Source: an uncultured bacterium
GTDB taxonomy: Bacteria; Bacteroidota; Bacteroidia; CAILMK01
NCBI GenBank assembly: GCA_903829945.1
Contig: CAIKRV010000078.1
Span: 38,077 to 102,076, forward strand
Reading direction: 5' to 3'
DNA length: 64,000 nt
Part shown: one piece after another, positions 1 through 10,041 of the stretch
Position numbering within the stretch: the stretch's first letter is position 1
How the letters are laid out: every line of letters starts with the position of its first letter
The notes under the pieces: model-generated
What the model was told of the DNA's origin: nothing
Databases searched by the model: none
The model's input: the letters and a program-made list of their open reading frames with translations, nothing else
Translations under genes and position numbers: made by a program

Positions 1-63
1 ACATTACTGTAATGAATGTAAACAAAGTTTTGAGCAGTTTAAGCCCGTATAAAAGATTTAAGC

Positions 64-100
64 AAAACAAAACCCCGGTGATTTTCCGGGGTTTTGTTTT
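64..100 (-). terminator. Rho-independent terminator of recA (likely bidirectional)
   Basis: Inverted repeat AAAACAAAACCCCGG-N7-CCGGGGTTTTGTTTT just downstream of the recA stop. Confidence 0.85.
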
Positions 101-115
101 CTAAATTTAATTATA

Positions 116-1156
116 TTAATCCTCTACTTCAATGGCTTCCTTTACAGCACCATTGGCATTTGCGAAAGCTTTTTCTTTAATTTTCAATTCTATTTCTAAA
201 GCAAGTTCGGGATTATCTTTTAGAACTTGTTTTACTGCTTCTCTGCCTTGTCCTAATTTGGTGTCATTATAACTAAACCAAGATCCGCTTTTTTTCACTA
301 AACCATAATCTACGCCTATATCTAGTATTTCACCATCCTTAGATATTCCTTCACCATATATAATATCAAATTCAGCTTGACGGAAAGGAGGGGCTACTTT
401 ATTTTTAGCAACTTTTACACGGGTACGATTACCTACATTTTCCATTCCTTCTTTTAAAGTACTGATACGACGAATATCTAAACGAACGGAAGCATAAAAT
501 TTTAATGCATTTCCTCCTGTGGTTGTTTCAGGATTGCCGAACATTACTCCAATTTTTTCACGCAATTGATTAATAAAAATTACGACACAATTGGTTTTGC
601 TGATGGAGGCAGTAAGTTTACGCAAGGCTTGGCTCATCAATCGAGCTTGTAAGCCCATTTTACTTTCACCCATATCGCCTTCTAATTCGGCTTTAGGTAC
701 CAAGGCTGCAACTGAGTCGATAACTATAATATCTATAGCACCTGAGCGAATTAAGTGGTCAGCAATTTCCAATGCTTGTTCACCATCATCAGGTTGGGAG
801 ATTAAAAGGTTGCTGGTATCAATTCCTAGTTTTTCAGCGTATGATTTATCAAATGCATGTTCTGCATCCACAATTGCTGCCATTCCACCTGCTTTTTGAG
901 CTTCTGAAATAGCATGCATGGCTAAGGTTGTTTTACCTGAAGATTCAGGACCATAAATTTCTACTATTCTGCCTTTTGGAAAGCCACCTGCTCCCAAGGC
1001 AATATCAAGCGTAAGTGAACCTGTAGGTATTACTTCTATACCTTCCAATTGGTTATCGCTCAATTTCATTACTACACCTTTACCATAGGATTTTTCTAAT
1101 TTCTCTATGGTTAATAATAGGGCTTTTTTCTTTTCGTTGCTTGATTCTTTAGTCAT
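116..1156 (-). CDS. recA: Recombinase RecA
   Basis: GPESSGKTT Walker [37 protein letters not shown] motifs. Confidence 0.99.
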   Translation of the reverse strand: MTKESSNEKKKALLLTIEKLEKSYGKGVVMKLSDNQLEGIEVIPTGSLTLDIALGAGGFPKGRIVEIYGPESSGKTTLAMHAISEAQKAGGMAAIVDAEHAFDKSYAEKLGIDTSNLLISQPDDGEQALEIADHLIRSGAIDIIVIDSVAALVPKAELEGDMGESKMGLQARLMSQALRKLTASISKTNCVVIFINQLREKIGVMFGNPETTTGGNALKFYASVRLDIRRISTLKEGMENVGNRTRVKVAKNKVAPPFRQAEFDIIYGEGISKDGEILDIGVDYGLVKKSGSWFSYNDTKLGQGREAVKQVLKDNPELALEIELKIKEKAFANANGAVKEAIEVED

Positions 1157-1325
1157 ATTGTTTTATCCGATTTCGAACTTTAAAATTAATTATAAATATC
1201 GACTTATTTATTACTTCCATTGAATAAATTTCAAGTGATAAATTCAATAAAAGGTAATGTTCACGTTTTCTGTAAGATACTAAATGAATATTTTTTACGC
1301 GACAAAAAATGTCGCGATAGTCAAT

Positions 1326-1964
1326 TTAATGATTCTTTTGATAGTATTTGCATATAAGGCTCAAACCACATCCTAAGCAATTTGGATTCCTCGCTGTACA
1401 AGTATATCTGCCATGTAAAATCATCCAATGATGAAAACGACCTTGTATTACTTCAGGTACATTTTTAGTTAATTGTTTTTCTACTTCTAATGGCGTTTTT
1501 GAAGTGGTTGCTAAACCAATTCTTTGTGACACTCTAAATACGTGGGTATCTACTGCTATTGCCGGTTGGTCAAATAATACTGATACGATAACATTTGCAG
1601 TTTTCCTTCCTACTCCCGGTAATTTTATTAGTTCTTCCCATTGCTCCGGTACACTGCCGTGATAGTTGGCAACTAACATTTGTGCCATACCTACCAAATG
1701 TTTAGATTTATTATTTGGATAACTAATACTTCTTATATATTCAAATACTTCTGCCGCGTCCGCTTTTGCCATTGCATTAGCATTAGGGAATCTTTTAAAT
1801 AATTCCGGAGTAATCATATTGACACGTTTATCTGTACATTGTGCAGATAAAATTACAGCTACTAATAATTCAAAGGGTGAAGCGTAGTGTAATTCGGTTT
1901 CTGCAATCGGTATGTTTTTTTCAAACCAATTGATGCAAAATTCAAAGCGTTCTTTTTTATTCAA
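1326..1964 (-). CDS. nth: Endonuclease III
   Basis: LVAVILSAQCTD, HhH LPGVGRKTANV, AVDTHVFRV and C-x6-C-x2-C-x5-C Fe-S motif. Start moved to TTG 1964 because a TATATTTG promoter at ~1982-1989 and a terminator lie within the longer ORF (to 2027). Confidence 0.95.
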   Translation of the reverse strand: MNKKERFEFCINWFEKNIPIAETELHYASPFELLVAVILSAQCTDKRVNMITPELFKRFPNANAMAKADAAEVFEYIRSISYPNNKSKHLVGMAQMLVANYHGSVPEQWEELIKLPGVGRKTANVIVSVLFDQPAIAVDTHVFRVSQRIGLATTSKTPLEVEKQLTKNVPEVIQGRFHHWMILHGRYTCTARNPNCLGCGLSLICKYYQKNH

Positions 1965-1992
1965 AGGAAAATTATTTATTGCAAATATATTT

Positions 1993-2025
1993 AAAAAAAG
2001 AAAGCCTCCACATTGGGAGGCTTTC
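1993..2025 (-). terminator. Rho-independent terminator of the T9SS cargo gene
   Basis: GAAAGCCTCC-N6-GGAGGCTTTC followed by a T run on the minus strand. Confidence 0.85.
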
Positions 2026-2045
2026 AATCATTATTTTTCAATAGC

Positions 2046-3401
2046 TTATTGAGCTACAGTAAATTTTTTAGTTTGAGTAAATCCATCAGCATTGATGGTG
2101 TAGAAATAAATACCCGGTACCATACCTTCAGTATTTATTTTCAAAGTATGATTACCAGAAGTAAACATGCCTGATGCAGCTGTCATTACTTTACGACCTA
2201 CAATATCATAAATTTCAATGCTGGCAGTACTAGATTTTCCAAGTGCAAAATCAATAGTTGCATTACCGTTTACCGGATTAGGATAAATATTTCCTAAGCC
2301 ATAACCTTCTCTTGTCATTTGGCTGATACCTGTTCCTGTATAACCGGTTACTTTGTAATTGGTACGAGGATAGAAGTTAAGATTACCAGTTGCACCAAAA
2401 CCTGAGAACATCATGTACATTGGGCTATCCTTAGGGTTATAAAACCAAGTTGGTAAATATCTTTGTTGCTTATTAACTACTAAGCCATTGTTTGGACGGT
2501 GAGATAGGTTTTGAGTACCATTATCATCATACATGGTCCATAATCCGAATCTATTGAATTTTTTAGCTGGTTTATGAGCGGTAGTATCCGGACCATAATA
2601 ATCTGCTAAAGTATCATTTAAAGAATATTTGTTGCCTGGTTTAAAGCTAACTACAGTAATAACATATTCTCCAATATTACAAGTTATACCTAAACCTCTT
2701 TGCAAGGTTTTAAAGTAGTAGGTAGAAGTATCTTTTTTAGTCAAAGGAATTTTTAAGGTCATGCTCATTCCTTTTCCGTCATTATTTCTATTGTCATACA
2801 AAGTGGTACCTTGGCCACTAGTAATACCACCGCTTACAGCATCCTTTTGGATATAGTATAAAGAAGCTTTGGTAGCTTGGAAAATCAAAGTATCCACTAC
2901 AGAGGTATCTGTACTACGAGTATAAGTATAAAAATAAGCCACTGAGTCAACAGTATATGAAGTAGAAGATCTTGAAATGGCATCGATAGTATCTCCATCT
3001 AATGAATAGATAGAATCCGTTGGGTCAAAACAAGTACCTAGTGAGCACCAGTTTGAATAAGATGGAGAAGCAGCAGCTGTAGTTTGATCAACGTAGATAA
3101 TTTTTACAAATGTATCCGGAAACATCACCAAATTGTAATATTTCTTTTTCAAATCAAAACCACCATTTACTTGTGCTTGAGAAAAGGAATAAGTAAAATC
3201 ATACCATGCGCTTTGCTTGGATAATTTATTCATTCCTGAATTTGCAGGGTTAGTGCGAACTGCCGGTAAGCCAACAGTAGTACCGGTGTATGGTACTGAA
3301 AACGGTAATATCCCGTTTGAGTTTGAAGGGAACTCGACTCTTTGTGCGAAAAGGCTGGCACAAAAGCTAAGCATCATAATTGCAAGTGTAAACTTTTTCA
3401 T
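2046..3401 (-). CDS. Secreted protein with T9SS type A C-terminal sorting domain; mature domain unknown
   Basis: Sec signal (MKKFTLAIMMLSFCASLFAQ); C-terminal IYPNP...IYDIVGRKV...GIYFY...KKFTV. Confidence 0.88.
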   Translation of the reverse strand: MKKFTLAIMMLSFCASLFAQRVEFPSNSNGILPFSVPYTGTTVGLPAVRTNPANSGMNKLSKQSAWYDFTYSFSQAQVNGGFDLKKKYYNLVMFPDTFVKIIYVDQTTAAASPSYSNWCSLGTCFDPTDSIYSLDGDTIDAISRSSTSYTVDSVAYFYTYTRSTDTSVVDTLIFQATKASLYYIQKDAVSGGITSGQGTTLYDNRNNDGKGMSMTLKIPLTKKDTSTYYFKTLQRGLGITCNIGEYVITVVSFKPGNKYSLNDTLADYYGPDTTAHKPAKKFNRFGLWTMYDDNGTQNLSHRPNNGLVVNKQQRYLPTWFYNPKDSPMYMMFSGFGATGNLNFYPRTNYKVTGYTGTGISQMTREGYGLGNIYPNPVNGNATIDFALGKSSTASIEIYDIVGRKVMTAASGMFTSGNHTLKINTEGMVPGIYFYTINADGFTQTKKFTVAQ

Positions 3402-3516
3402 GTCCGTTATTTACTTTATTTAGATTACAAATTTAGTAATTATATTTTAACTCTATATCGAATTGTGCAGACAATTTATTTGAAATATCGCTAGGTAACT
3501 TTAGTCTTAAAAAGGG

Positions 3517-5442
3517 TTAAATAGCATGTTTATCAATCCAATAGCCATCATCTTTTATCAAATTTATCAGTTCGTTCAGTGCATTTTTACTCTCAATATT
3601 TCTTTTGACCACTTCTTTTCCTTTATAAAGGGTAATTTTTCCGGGTCCGGTTCCGACATAACCGTAATCTGCATCAGCCATTTCTCCCGGTCCGTTGACA
3701 ATACAACCCATAATGGCAATTTTAACACCTTTTAAATGATCCGTCTTTGCTCGAATCATGGCTGTAGTTTCTTGTAAGTCAAATAAGGTTCGCCCGCATG
3801 ACGGGCAAGAAATATATTCCGTTTTTGAAATGCGACTTCTACTGGCTTGTAAAATATTGAATGCAGTTCTATTAACTAACCTAATTATATTTAAAAGATG
3901 ATTGGCATTATCATCCTGCTTATAATTTAGCCATATCCCATTTCCTATACCTTCTGCAAATGCTCCCCCTACTTCAGTTGAACTTTTTAAAATAAATGAC
4001 TCCTCATCAATGTTGTTGTAAACTGCTTTTAAAACTACCGGTTGCTTTAATCCGTTCAAGCGTATGTTTCGACAAAATGTTCTTATCGATTTTAAAGGCA
4101 TTTGAGCTGTTTTATTAATAACTAAAATAGCAGAATTATGCTTTTTTAATTGCATAATAAAGGAATCAGATAAGCTCTCTCTACTTATTTCCAAAAAATG
4201 TAAAGTATCCATTTGATTTGGATATTCATCATTTTCATTGAAGTATGGATAATTATTGGTTTTATCCTTTATAGTTTTCCAGATATTATAATTAAAAATT
4301 CCTTTTGCGCCATTGGGTAAACTAAAATCAGGAATTAGATTTCCAAAATAAATAAAATCAGCACCCAGTTCTCCCATATTCCATTTATCACTTATGTCAT
4401 CATAATGATAGTCTATTGTTTTAAGAGTCAATTCATGAACTGAATCCAATTGACTTAAATCCGCAATTACTCTTGGCACGTTGCCGGCACCAAATATTGA
4501 AGTTTCCAAACTTTCATGGCGATTTTGTAATTCCGGCATTGAAAATTTGTAAGCATCGACATTAGGTTGTGCATTATTGAAAGGGGTTACAAGCTTTTTA
4601 GCCACCGGTATTTCAAATTCCGGAGCTTCAGTCAAGGAAACCCTAATGGTATCTCCTAAGCCTTCCTCTAATAAGGTTCCAATACCCATCGCAGACTTAA
4701 TTCGGCCTTCTTCTTGTTCTCCTGCCTCTGTTACTCCCAAATGCAAAGGATAATTCATCCCTTCCATGTCCATTTGTTTTACTAGTAAGCGATAGGCTTG
4801 TATCATCACTATTGGATTGGATGATTTCATTGATAATACAATATTGTGGTAATTCAAGCCATTGCAAATACGTAAAAATTCCATAGCTGATTCCACCATT
4901 CCTTCGGGCGTGTCTCCGTATCGATTCATAATCCGGTCCGAAAGGGAACCATGGTTGGTGCCAATTCTCATGGCGGTACCGTACTCCTTGCATATCTTAA
5001 CTAATGGTTCAAATCTTTTTTGAATCCTTTCAATTTCTGCTATATATTCGGCATCTGAATATTCTTTCTGTTCGAATTTCTTTTTATCCACATAATTTCC
5101 CGGATTAATTCTTACTTTCTCTACCAAACGCGCAGCCAATTCGGCTGCATTTGGAGTAAAATGAATATCGGCAATTAAAGGAGTTTGAAAACCTCTAGCA
5201 CGAAGCTCCTTCTTTATAACCGCAAGATTTTCTGCCTCCTTAAGAGAAGGGGCGGTGATACGAACATATTCACAACCGGCTTCTATCATTCTGATACTTT
5301 GGGCAACTGTTTGCTCAGTGTTCATGGTATCAGTGGTGGTCATTGATTGTACGCGTATGGGATAATGGCCACCTAATGGAACATCCCCAATATTTACAAT
5401 CCTAGATGGTCTTCTATTATAAATTAAAATATTATCTTCCAT
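3517..5442 (-). CDS. ispG: (E)-4-hydroxy-3-methylbut-2-enyl-diphosphate synthase, long form with insertion domain
   Basis: IRVQSMT, ADIHF, RINPGN, RIGTNHGSLSDRI, PLHLGVTEAG, ISCPSCGRT, MGCIVNGPGE. Confidence 0.97.
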   Translation of the reverse strand: MEDNILIYNRRPSRIVNIGDVPLGGHYPIRVQSMTTTDTMNTEQTVAQSIRMIEAGCEYVRITAPSLKEAENLAVIKKELRARGFQTPLIADIHFTPNAAELAARLVEKVRINPGNYVDKKKFEQKEYSDAEYIAEIERIQKRFEPLVKICKEYGTAMRIGTNHGSLSDRIMNRYGDTPEGMVESAMEFLRICNGLNYHNIVLSMKSSNPIVMIQAYRLLVKQMDMEGMNYPLHLGVTEAGEQEEGRIKSAMGIGTLLEEGLGDTIRVSLTEAPEFEIPVAKKLVTPFNNAQPNVDAYKFSMPELQNRHESLETSIFGAGNVPRVIADLSQLDSVHELTLKTIDYHYDDISDKWNMGELGADFIYFGNLIPDFSLPNGAKGIFNYNIWKTIKDKTNNYPYFNENDEYPNQMDTLHFLEISRESLSDSFIMQLKKHNSAILVINKTAQMPLKSIRTFCRNIRLNGLKQPVVLKAVYNNIDEESFILKSSTEVGGAFAEGIGNGIWLNYKQDDNANHLLNIIRLVNRTAFNILQASRSRISKTEYISCPSCGRTLFDLQETTAMIRAKTDHLKGVKIAIMGCIVNGPGEMADADYGYVGTGPGKITLYKGKEVVKRNIESKNALNELINLIKDDGYWIDKHAI

Positions 5443-5512
5443 GTTGAAGCAAAGGTAAGAAAATTTAAAATGATGTCTTTAAAGGACAAATTAGCAGCTC
5501 TGGAATGTGTTT

Positions 5513-6301
5513 TTAAATTATTTCTACTTCATCTTTTTTCATCCAGCCTGTTTTTCCATCAGAAAGTCGGATATTTATCCAATCACCTAAAGTTTCTTTA
5601 ATTTGTACCTTTGTGCCACTATGCAAATAAAAGGCATCTTTGCCATTATCTTCTGGTGAGGTTTTAATGTAAGCAACCTCTGAAAATATTATTGCAAATT
5701 TTTTATTTTCTAATTGATTTCTAAAGTTACCGAAAATATAAGTACTTATGCTTAGAATCATAAAAAGTATTCCACTATAAAATCCAATTTTGCGAAATAA
5801 TAATTTGCTTAATAATAAATAAATTGCAGTGCTTACAAGCGCAAACCATAAAAAGAAGATGGAAATTTTAATCCATCCTGAGGAACTACGTATCGAAATA
5901 AAATTATTGAAATAACGAATAATAGCAAGCTCAGGTAATATCTCATTTTTATCTGTAACCGAAAGATTAGCTATTTTTAAATTGTTATCCAAATCTTCAT
6001 CTCCGGGCATTAATAATTTTGCTTTTTCATAGTATAAGATGGCTTTTGGAATTTTATTCATTCGATAATAAGTGTTACCCATATTATAATACAATTCTGC
6101 AGAACTATAACCTTCTTTAAGTAGGGATTCGTAAGTTTCTGAAGCATCCTTAAAATGATTTATTCTATAAGCATCATTCGCTGCTTTCATTCGTTCTTCC
6201 GGAGTTTTTGCAAATATTAATGAGGGTAAAATAATTCCGAATACAAAGGTTAATATTTTGATTTTCATTTTTAGAAATGATAAAATATTTGGCAATCTCA
6301 T
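5513..6301 (-). CDS. batE: BatE: TPR + transmembrane + SH3 protein
   Basis: Signal peptide, TPR (YYNMGNTYYR...AILYYEKA), two TM helices, C-terminal SH3-like LHSGTKV...DGKTGW; last gene of the bat cluster. Confidence 0.9.
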   Translation of the reverse strand: MRLPNILSFLKMKIKILTFVFGIILPSLIFAKTPEERMKAANDAYRINHFKDASETYESLLKEGYSSAELYYNMGNTYYRMNKIPKAILYYEKAKLLMPGDEDLDNNLKIANLSVTDKNEILPELAIIRYFNNFISIRSSSGWIKISIFFLWFALVSTAIYLLLSKLLFRKIGFYSGILFMILSISTYIFGNFRNQLENKKFAIIFSEVAYIKTSPEDNGKDAFYLHSGTKVQIKETLGDWINIRLSDGKTGWMKKDEVEII

Positions 6302-8091
6302 TTTAGTTGCTCCTCCATAGCACTGATTAATTCTACACTTTGTTGGTAAACTTCTTTTAAATTACTACTTACTGCTGAAGGTGCATATTTTGCATATTCG
6401 CATGCATCCAATATGGCAATAAGTTGGGTAATGGTTTCTGCACTGGCCTGATGATTTTGAAGTACCTCTTTAATTGTATCTCTGGAAGTTTCTGAAAGCT
6501 GAAGCCCAATTTTGTTTTGAACATAACCATAAAGTGCAAAAAGCACTTCGGTATAAAAACCTAATTTATCATTTTTATCCAGGTTAGTCTTTGCATTTTT
6601 TAGACTCCTTTTAGCAATTCCGGTTGCTTTCTTACGCAAACTACCTTTAATATCTAAAGATTGTTCTTCGTTTCTACGTCTTAATAATATTAACAATGCA
6701 AATATTGGAAATGGTAATAGACCTAATAAATAGGCTTTCCACGAACCATAAAATGGCGTTGAATTCTTTTCTAATTCTGAAGTGGAAGTTTTAATAAAAC
6801 GTATATCTGTACCCAATAATTTAATGTCTTCCTTATTTAAACCGCTTCCCGGTGCTGCCAATATTCCATTGCCTTTTTCAACATTAATTTCAAATACTTT
6901 TGTTTGCTCAGTATTGAATTTTTTTGATCCAATGTCAAAATATGAAAATTCTAATGCCGGTATAGTATATTTCCCCATTTTTTTAGGAATTATAGTATAT
7001 TCAAAAGTTTTAGCGCCGGGTTTATCACTTGTTTTTGGGTCATAAACATCCCAATCAGGTGGTAAATTAAGACTAAATGCTTGCAATTGCTGCAAATTTC
7101 CGTTGCCCTCCACAGTTACTTTATAAGTTAATGCTTCATTCTCTTTAAGTTTTGTTTTATCTACTGCTGCGTGTATATGGAAATTTCCGACCAGTCCGCT
7201 ATATGAGGTTGGTTTACCATTTGAAGGAACGTCATTAACATGGACCGTTACAGTATTACTTCTGAGTAGCTTTCTTACAACTTCAACATTTTGATTAAAA
7301 AAACGGTCAAAGAAATCATCGCCAAAGGGATCAAATACATTATTTCTTTTTTGTCTAGGTACCTGCATAGCAAGTGCTGCATCCATTTCAAGTGGATCTA
7401 TAATTAAATCACCCGTATGCTGAGGATATAGCGTGGATTTTTTTACAACTGCCACCAAATATTGTTTGCCATTTTTTGTTTCGGCATGTAGTTGTTTTTC
7501 AACTTGGTCAGGTAGGTCTTTTGCCCAGAAACCGGTAAAATTAGGATACTTTTTATAGGCAACGCCTTGTGGATCTACTTTATATAAATATAACTTATAG
7601 GTTACGGTTATTGGTTCGCCTTCATAAACATTTGCTTTATCAACGGTGGCAGAAATGAAGAATTCTGCACCGCCGTTTCCTTCTGCACCATCATTTTTGC
7701 CTTTAGCTCCATTTTTTGAAATATTTCCTTGAACTACTTTAATGGTTATTTCATTTGATTTTACAATGCCATTTCTAGTCCTAACTATTGCAGCTGGAAT
7801 TTTAAATGTGCCTACTTTTCTGGCACGTAAATGGTACATGAAAATTGTGCTTTGGGTCATTACTCCATTTGCATTAGAAAAAGAGTTTTCTTGTGAGGGG
7901 CCCATCAATATATCAAAATCTTTAATATCCGGTAAAGTTACATTCCCCGCTAATCCCTCTGCCGTCCACTCTATTTGAAATGCGTCTCCTAAGCTAACTT
8001 CTTGCTGCGATGGGCTAGCAACAAATTTTTGTGCATATAAATTTAAAACACAAAAAGTAAAGAGCATTAATATTAATAAAATCTTTCTCAT
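6298..8091 (-). CDS. batD: BatD oxygen-tolerance family protein
   Basis: BatD Ig-like repeats (VYEGEPITVTYKLY, VGNFHIHAAVDK), TM helix, C-terminal CEYAKYAP; operon position. Confidence 0.92.
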   Translation of the reverse strand: MRKILLILMLFTFCVLNLYAQKFVASPSQQEVSLGDAFQIEWTAEGLAGNVTLPDIKDFDILMGPSQENSFSNANGVMTQSTIFMYHLRARKVGTFKIPAAIVRTRNGIVKSNEITIKVVQGNISKNGAKGKNDGAEGNGGAEFFISATVDKANVYEGEPITVTYKLYLYKVDPQGVAYKKYPNFTGFWAKDLPDQVEKQLHAETKNGKQYLVAVVKKSTLYPQHTGDLIIDPLEMDAALAMQVPRQKRNNVFDPFGDDFFDRFFNQNVEVVRKLLRSNTVTVHVNDVPSNGKPTSYSGLVGNFHIHAAVDKTKLKENEALTYKVTVEGNGNLQQLQAFSLNLPPDWDVYDPKTSDKPGAKTFEYTIIPKKMGKYTIPALEFSYFDIGSKKFNTEQTKVFEINVEKGNGILAAPGSGLNKEDIKLLGTDIRFIKTSTSELEKNSTPFYGSWKAYLLGLLPFPIFALLILLRRRNEEQSLDIKGSLRKKATGIAKRSLKNAKTNLDKNDKLGFYTEVLFALYGYVQNKIGLQLSETSRDTIKEVLQNHQASAETITQLIAILDACEYAKYAPSAVSSNLKEVYQQSVELISAMEEQLK

Positions 8092-8095
8092 CCTA

Positions 8096-8932
8096 TTACC
8101 ATTGTTGAGTTTTAGGTTGACTTTGTTGCTTTTCTTTCATAGCACGCAACAACATCTTTTTCTGAACTTTTTTTTCTGAATCTTTTAAACCAATTAATAT
8201 TTTTTTAGCTTGTTCATCACTCATTTTTGAATCTTTATCGCCATTTGATTTTTCTTTATTATTTTGATCCTGTTTTCCATTTTCAGGTTTTTTTTCTTTT
8301 CCTTTATCACCATCATTTTTTTCCTTGGTAGAATTATCTTTCTTTTGTTGTTCTTTATCTCCGGATTTTTCCTGCTTATTATCTTGATTTTTATCTTGCT
8401 GTTTATTATCCTTATTTTCCTTGTTGTTTTTGTTTTGTTTATTTTTCTTGTTCTGCTCTTGTTCTTTTTTAAGTTTTGCTAATGCATAACTTAAATTATA
8501 TTTAGCATCTTTATCGTACGGATTATTTTTTAATGCGTTTTTATATGCTTCTATTGCCGGCTCATATTTTTTATTATCTAAATTCGTATTTCCGGAATTA
8601 TAAGATGCAAGGAATTTTTCTGACTTGTCTTGAGCAGTTAATAATGCAGATTCAAACTTTGCTTGAGCGCCATTTGTATCTTTCTTCATATATAAGGCAT
8701 CACCTAAATTAAAGTGGCTTTTAAAATAATTATTATCTTCATTCAATGCTTTCATGTAATTAGAAACCGCATTGTCATAATCTTTCTTATCATAACTTTT
8801 ATTTCCTTCTCTCAGGTATTGTATTCTTAATGGTGAATCTGTACACGAGCATAGCAATAAGGGAATAATAATGCATATCACTCTTGATAGAACGTAGGCA
8901 TAATTTGTGTATTTTATTATTCCAAATTTCAT
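8096..8932 (-). CDS. batC: BatC TPR protein with K/Q/N/D-rich tail
   Basis: TPRs (FNLGDALY, AYKNALKNNPYDKDAKYNL), low-complexity tail, terminal W; possible lipobox LLLCSC. Confidence 0.88.
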   Translation of the reverse strand: MKFGIIKYTNYAYVLSRVICIIIPLLLCSCTDSPLRIQYLREGNKSYDKKDYDNAVSNYMKALNEDNNYFKSHFNLGDALYMKKDTNGAQAKFESALLTAQDKSEKFLASYNSGNTNLDNKKYEPAIEAYKNALKNNPYDKDAKYNLSYALAKLKKEQEQNKKNKQNKNNKENKDNKQQDKNQDNKQEKSGDKEQQKKDNSTKEKNDGDKGKEKKPENGKQDQNNKEKSNGDKDSKMSDEQAKKILIGLKDSEKKVQKKMLLRAMKEKQQSQPKTQQW

Positions 8933-8945
8933 TTTTTATTAAACA

Positions 8946-9971
8946 TTAAAAGGGTTTCCAGTTAAATAATTTACTTTTACGTTCCGATAAAATAAATTCG
9001 CAAGTAATCAATATTAATGCTACGCTAAGAAGCCATTGAAATTGATCATCGTAATCACTATATAACTTAGATTCTATGCCTCCTTTTTTTAATTTGTTTA
9101 ATTCCTTCTCAACATCTTCCATTACTTGATTATTGTCAGATAATCGAAAATATTTTCCTTCTCCTGCATCTGCAATTTTTCTGAGCATACCATCATCAAG
9201 TTTACTAATTACAGTGCTGCCTGATTCATCTTTTTGAAATCCGATCATAGTAGCATCTTTATAAAGCGGAATAGGGGAGCCTTGTTCGGTCCCTACGCCT
9301 ATCGTATAAATTAAGGTTCCCGCTTTTAAGGCATCTTCAGCTTGCTCTATTGCCTTGCCTTCATGGTCTTCACCGTCCGAAATGAGCAAGATTGCTTTGG
9401 CGGCTTTGCTTTTTTCGCTAAAAAGTGATTGACCTACTTCAATGGCTTCTCCTAAGGCTGTTCCTTGCGTTCCTGCCATATCAGTGGAAACTGTACTGAG
9501 AAAAATTTTAGCGGCACTATGGTCAATGGTTAATGGCATTTGCACATAAGCATTACCTGCAAAAACGACCAGTGCTATTCTATCACTCTCTAATTTATCA
9601 ATGAGCCGTGATGCCAATTGTTTGGCTCTTTCCATACGATCAGGTTTTACATCCTGAGCATTCATTGACCTACTAATATCTAAAGCAATTACTAAGTCAA
9701 TACCTTCTCGTTTTACATTCTCAATTCTACTACCAATTTGTGGATTAGCAATTCCAATAACTAAACAAATGGCAGCTATTGTAAGAAAAATTATTTTAAT
9801 AATTGGTTTTGCATTGGATCGTTCCGGCATCAATTGTTGAACTAACACTGCATTGCCTAATTTGTTAAATCTATATTTTCGTTGTAGCCAAAATACTACA
9901 AATAACAGAGGGATAAGGATCGCAAATCCTCCGTAATAATAGATATATTCAAAATGTGCAAAGCGAAACAT
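8946..9971 (-). CDS. batB: BatB vWA domain protein
   Basis: MIDAS DISRSM, LISDGEDHE, TIGVGT, N- and C-terminal TM helices. Confidence 0.92.
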   Translation of the reverse strand: MFRFAHFEYIYYYGGFAILIPLLFVVFWLQRKYRFNKLGNAVLVQQLMPERSNAKPIIKIIFLTIAAICLVIGIANPQIGSRIENVKREGIDLVIALDISRSMNAQDVKPDRMERAKQLASRLIDKLESDRIALVVFAGNAYVQMPLTIDHSAAKIFLSTVSTDMAGTQGTALGEAIEVGQSLFSEKSKAAKAILLISDGEDHEGKAIEQAEDALKAGTLIYTIGVGTEQGSPIPLYKDATMIGFQKDESGSTVISKLDDGMLRKIADAGEGKYFRLSDNNQVMEDVEKELNKLKKGGIESKLYSDYDDQFQWLLSVALILITCEFILSERKSKLFNWKPF

Positions 9972-10041
9972 GTATATTTTTTATTTTCAATTTAATTATT
10001 CTAAATTTACTTTTCTCATTTGGTAAAATACTTAAAATTCT

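Noticed and set aside
1278-1295. CTAA-N5-TTAG-type SOS box upstream of recA
   Set aside because: Only the CTAA half is present (CTAAATGAATATT); no convincing match.
3850-4560. Extra central domain in IspG
   Set aside because: Known three-domain IspG type; not novel.
8264-8482. F/I/L-rich 72-aa ORF on the + strand
   Set aside because: Antisense shadow of the K/Q/N/D-rich BatC tail.
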